From assembly GCA_022791775.1 (NCBI GenBank), contig JAAVZT010000036.1:8335-72334 (forward strand): a DNA stretch of 64,000 nucleotides, given 5' to 3'. A program made the translations under genes and the position numbers. This document shows positions 59,573 to 64,000 of this stretch, piece by piece. How positions within the stretch are numbered: the stretch's first letter is position 1; each line of letters begins with the position of its first letter. A model generated the notes under the pieces. The model searched no databases, was not told the DNA's origin, and worked only from the letters and a program-made list of their open reading frames with translations. The stretch comes from Bacilli bacterium. GTDB lineage: Bacteria > Bacillota_I > Bacilli_A > RF39 > UBA660.

Positions 59573-61660
59573 ATGGAGTATTTAGAAAAATTAAATCCTG
59601 CACAAAAACAAGCAGTATTACATAAAGATGGACCATGCCTTGTAATAGCTGGAGCTGGCTCTGGAAAAACAAAAGTATTAACGACTAGAATAGCACATTT
59701 AATGAATAGTGGAGTAAGCCCCTATCAAATACTTGCAATCACATTTACAAATAAAGCTGCCAAAGAAATGCGAGAAAGATTAAATATATTAGTTCCAAAT
59801 AACCACGCCTTTGTTGGAACATTTCATTCATTTGGTTTACGAATAATTCGTGAAAATTATGAAAAGCTAGGCTTAACACGTAACTTTACTATTATAGATA
59901 GTGATGATGTTTTAAGCATTATCAAAAAAATAATGAAAGAAAAAGGCTTTGATCCGAAAGAATGTGCTCCAAGTTATATTCGTAATCGAATTAGCTTCAT
60001 GAAAAACGAAATGATGTCAGAAGCAGAAATAGAAAAATATATGACCAGTGATGTAGAAAAAATAGCTATTGAAATTTATAAAGAATATCGTCACCGATTA
60101 AAACTTAACAACTCTGTAGATTTTGATGATTTATTGACCTTGCCAGTAGAATTGTTTCAAAAAGATAAAGATACTTTAGAAAATTATCAAGAGCGTTTTC
60201 AATATATTTTGATCGATGAATATCAAGATACAAATGAGGTACAATATAAAATGACAAAATTATTAGCTCAAAAATATCATAATATTTTTGTCGTTGGAGA
60301 TCCAGACCAATCTATTTATATGTTTCGTGGTGCCAATTACCGTAACATCTTAAATTTTGAAAAAGATTATCAAAATACAACAGTTATTCCCTTAGAAGAA
60401 AATTATCGCAGTACCAAAATGATATTAGATGCCGCGAACTCCGTAATAAAAAATAATAAAGAAAGAAAAGATAAAAATTTAAAAAGTAATAATGGTATTG
60501 GAGTAAAATTAAAATATTTACGAAGTTATGATGAAAAACATGAAATAACATTAGTATTAGAAGAAATAAATCATTTACTACAAGAAGGATATCAAAAAAA
60601 TGATATTGCTGTTTTTTATCGAACCAATGCCCAAGCACGTATTGTAGAAGAACAATTTTTAAAAGCAAATATTCCTTATAAAGTAGTAGGAAGTTATTAT
60701 TTCTATAGTCGAAAAGAAATCAAAGATTTAATTTGTTATTTAAGATTAATTTTAAACCCTCATGATGAAATTTCTTTACGAAGAGTAATTAATGTGCCAA
60801 AACGTAAGATCGGAGCAAGTACAATCGCTCGTATTGAAATGCAAGCAGCTTTAGAAAATATAAGCTTATTTGATGCGATTACTGATGGAAAAGAATTAGA
60901 ATTTAAAAAATTAATTCTAGAACTTCAAAAAGATAGTGAATCATGTTCTTTAACAGAATTAATTGATCTTATTTTGGATAAATCAGGTATGAAAAAAGAA
61001 TTAGAAAATGATCCCTCCCTAGAAAGCGAATTACGATTAGATAACTTAATGGAATTTAAAAGTATTACTGCGACATTTGAAGAAACAACAGGAAGTGTAA
61101 ATTTAGGAGATTTCTTAGAAGAAATCAGTTTAATTGCAGATATATCAGAACATAAAGACATGGATGATGTTGTGACCCTTATGACCATTCATAGTGCCAA
61201 AGGATTAGAATTTGATGTCGTGTTCTTAGTGGGAATGGAAGAAGGATTATTTCCTCACAATAATGCTCTATTAGATCGAGATGGAATTGAAGAAGAGCGT
61301 CGCTTAATGTATGTAGGAATTACACGTGCAAGAAAACTTCTTTATCTAACAAATGCCAAAAGACGAATGCTTTATGGAAAAGACTCATCAAATCCTCCAA
61401 GTAGATTTATAGAGGAAATTGATAGTCAACTATTAGAAATGACAAATAATAGTGTGAAAGAAGAAAAAGTACTTAACAAAAAAGATTTATATAATGATAC
61501 AGAAGTAGAATATCAAAATGGTGACATAGTTATGCATGTTACTTATGGAAAAGGAGTTGTAATCGGAATCGATAAAACGATTGTGACAATCGCTTTTGCC
61601 AAGAATTTTGGAGTGCGAAAACTGATGAAAAATCATAAAAGTTTAAAAAAAATACAATGA
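59573..61660 (+). CDS. pcrA: ATP-dependent DNA helicase PcrA (UvrD/Rep family)
   Basis: AGAGSGKT, TFTNKAA, IDEYQD, VGDPDQSIY, TIHSAKGLEF, EERRLMYVGITRA. Confidence 0.97.
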   Translation: MEYLEKLNPAQKQAVLHKDGPCLVIAGAGSGKTKVLTTRIAHLMNSGVSPYQILAITFTNKAAKEMRERLNILVPNNHAFVGTFHSFGLRIIRENYEKLGLTRNFTIIDSDDVLSIIKKIMKEKGFDPKECAPSYIRNRISFMKNEMMSEAEIEKYMTSDVEKIAIEIYKEYRHRLKLNNSVDFDDLLTLPVELFQKDKDTLENYQERFQYILIDEYQDTNEVQYKMTKLLAQKYHNIFVVGDPDQSIYMFRGANYRNILNFEKDYQNTTVIPLEENYRSTKMILDAANSVIKNNKERKDKNLKSNNGIGVKLKYLRSYDEKHEITLVLEEINHLLQEGYQKNDIAVFYRTNAQARIVEEQFLKANIPYKVVGSYYFYSRKEIKDLICYLRLILNPHDEISLRRVINVPKRKIGASTIARIEMQAALENISLFDAITDGKELEFKKLILELQKDSESCSLTELIDLILDKSGMKKELENDPSLESELRLDNLMEFKSITATFEETTGSVNLGDFLEEISLIADISEHKDMDDVVTLMTIHSAKGLEFDVVFLVGMEEGLFPHNNALLDRDGIEEERRLMYVGITRARKLLYLTNAKRRMLYGKDSSNPPSRFIEEIDSQLLEMTNNSVKEEKVLNKKDLYNDTEVEYQNGDIVMHVTYGKGVVIGIDKTIVTIAFAKNFGVRKLMKNHKSLKKIQ

Positions 61661-61675
61661 AAAGGAGAAGTTAAA

Positions 61676-62578
61676 ATGAATGAATTAACATTAGTTGTTA
61701 TGGCTGCAGGAATGGGAAGTAGATTTGGAGGATTAAAACAAATTACCCCTGTAGATGAAGATGGCAATTTTTTAATCGACTATTCTGTTTATGATGCAAT
61801 CAAAGCTGGATTTCAGAAAGTAGTATTTATTATCAAAGAAGAAAATATAGAAGCGTTCAAAGAGACAATAGGAGCACGTTTAGAAAGTAAAATTAAAGTG
61901 GAATATGCTTATCAAAAATTAGAAGATATACCTTCATGGGTAACGGTACCAAAAAATAGAATGAAACCTTGGGGAACTGTACATGCAATACTTGCTGCAC
62001 GAAAAAATATAAATGGGCCCTTTGCTGTCATAAATGCAGACGATTTTTATGGTTTCGACTCTTATGATATCGTTGCTAAATTTTTAAATAACGTCAAAGA
62101 AGAAAATACACATATATCCATTCCGTATCCTTTTTGTCATGTAGATAGCAAATATGGATTTGTAAAAAGAGGAGTACTATCCTTTCATGAAGATGAAATT
62201 ACCGAAATTGTAGAATGTAATGTCGGATATGAAAATGGAAAAGTGATTGCTAAACCATTAGATGGACGAGCAGAATTTGAAATAAAAAAAGATCATCCAG
62301 TTTCTATGAATATGTTTGGATTCCAAGCAAAAATATTACAAGATTTTGATGCTTATTTTACAGATTTTTTAAAAAAGAATCAAAATAATTTAGAAACGGC
62401 AGAAAGTTTAATCTCAGAGTTTTTAGAAAAGTCATTAAATGAAAATCGGTTAAAACTAAAATATCAAACTTCAAAAGGTGAATGGCTTGGCATGACTTAC
62501 AAAGAAGATTTAGAAGAAGTAAAAGAAAAATTAAATACGCTAAAAGTCCAAGGAGAATATAACGAACATCTTTGGTAA
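61676..62578 (+). CDS. Sugar-phosphate nucleotidyltransferase
   Basis: VMAAGMGSRFGGLKQ, KPWGTVHA, VINADDFYG, WLGMTY. Confidence 0.85.
   Translation: MNELTLVVMAAGMGSRFGGLKQITPVDEDGNFLIDYSVYDAIKAGFQKVVFIIKEENIEAFKETIGARLESKIKVEYAYQKLEDIPSWVTVPKNRMKPWGTVHAILAARKNINGPFAVINADDFYGFDSYDIVAKFLNNVKEENTHISIPYPFCHVDSKYGFVKRGVLSFHEDEITEIVECNVGYENGKVIAKPLDGRAEFEIKKDHPVSMNMFGFQAKILQDFDAYFTDFLKKNQNNLETAESLISEFLEKSLNENRLKLKYQTSKGEWLGMTYKEDLEEVKEKLNTLKVQGEYNEHLW

Positions 62579-64000
<1,422 letters not shown>

Overview
A very AT-rich, almost entirely plus-strand core-genome segment of a reduced Bacilli-type bacterium. Gene order and the absence of rpsD from the alpha operon fit Bacilli. The lineage-specific orphans and gene losses suggest an uncultured RF39-like gut lineage, but that placement is inference. 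Genetic code 11 is supported: RF2 is present with its CTT-TGA-C +1 frameshift and TGA terminates secY and pcrA. The window holds proS (partial), prfB, tilS-ftsH, parAB-mscS-DUF951-abgT-ychF, rpsF-ssb-rpsR with an S6:S18 leader, rplI-dnaB-M23-walJ-rlmH-ung, gerQ, ftsEX-M23-whiA, clpP and udk-gap-pgk-tpiA-spo0A-gpmI. It continues with ucpA, the S10-spc-alpha cluster (S10 leader, no rpmD), trpS, a ytlACD-like ABC transporter, pcrA, a nucleotidyltransferase and ligA (partial). I found no rRNA, tRNA, CRISPR array or intact mobile element. The best leads are: (1) spo0A placed inside the glycolytic cluster, with 0A boxes at spo0A, soj and clpP and a DnaA-box pair before gap; (2) FtsH with a C-terminal Rho_N-like tail; (3) an orphan, apparently leaderless HipA-like kinase in the usual gdpP slot; (4) a two-gene operon with mTERF-like repeats; (5) loss of walRK from its canonical locus. 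All family calls come from motif recognition by eye and no database search was run.
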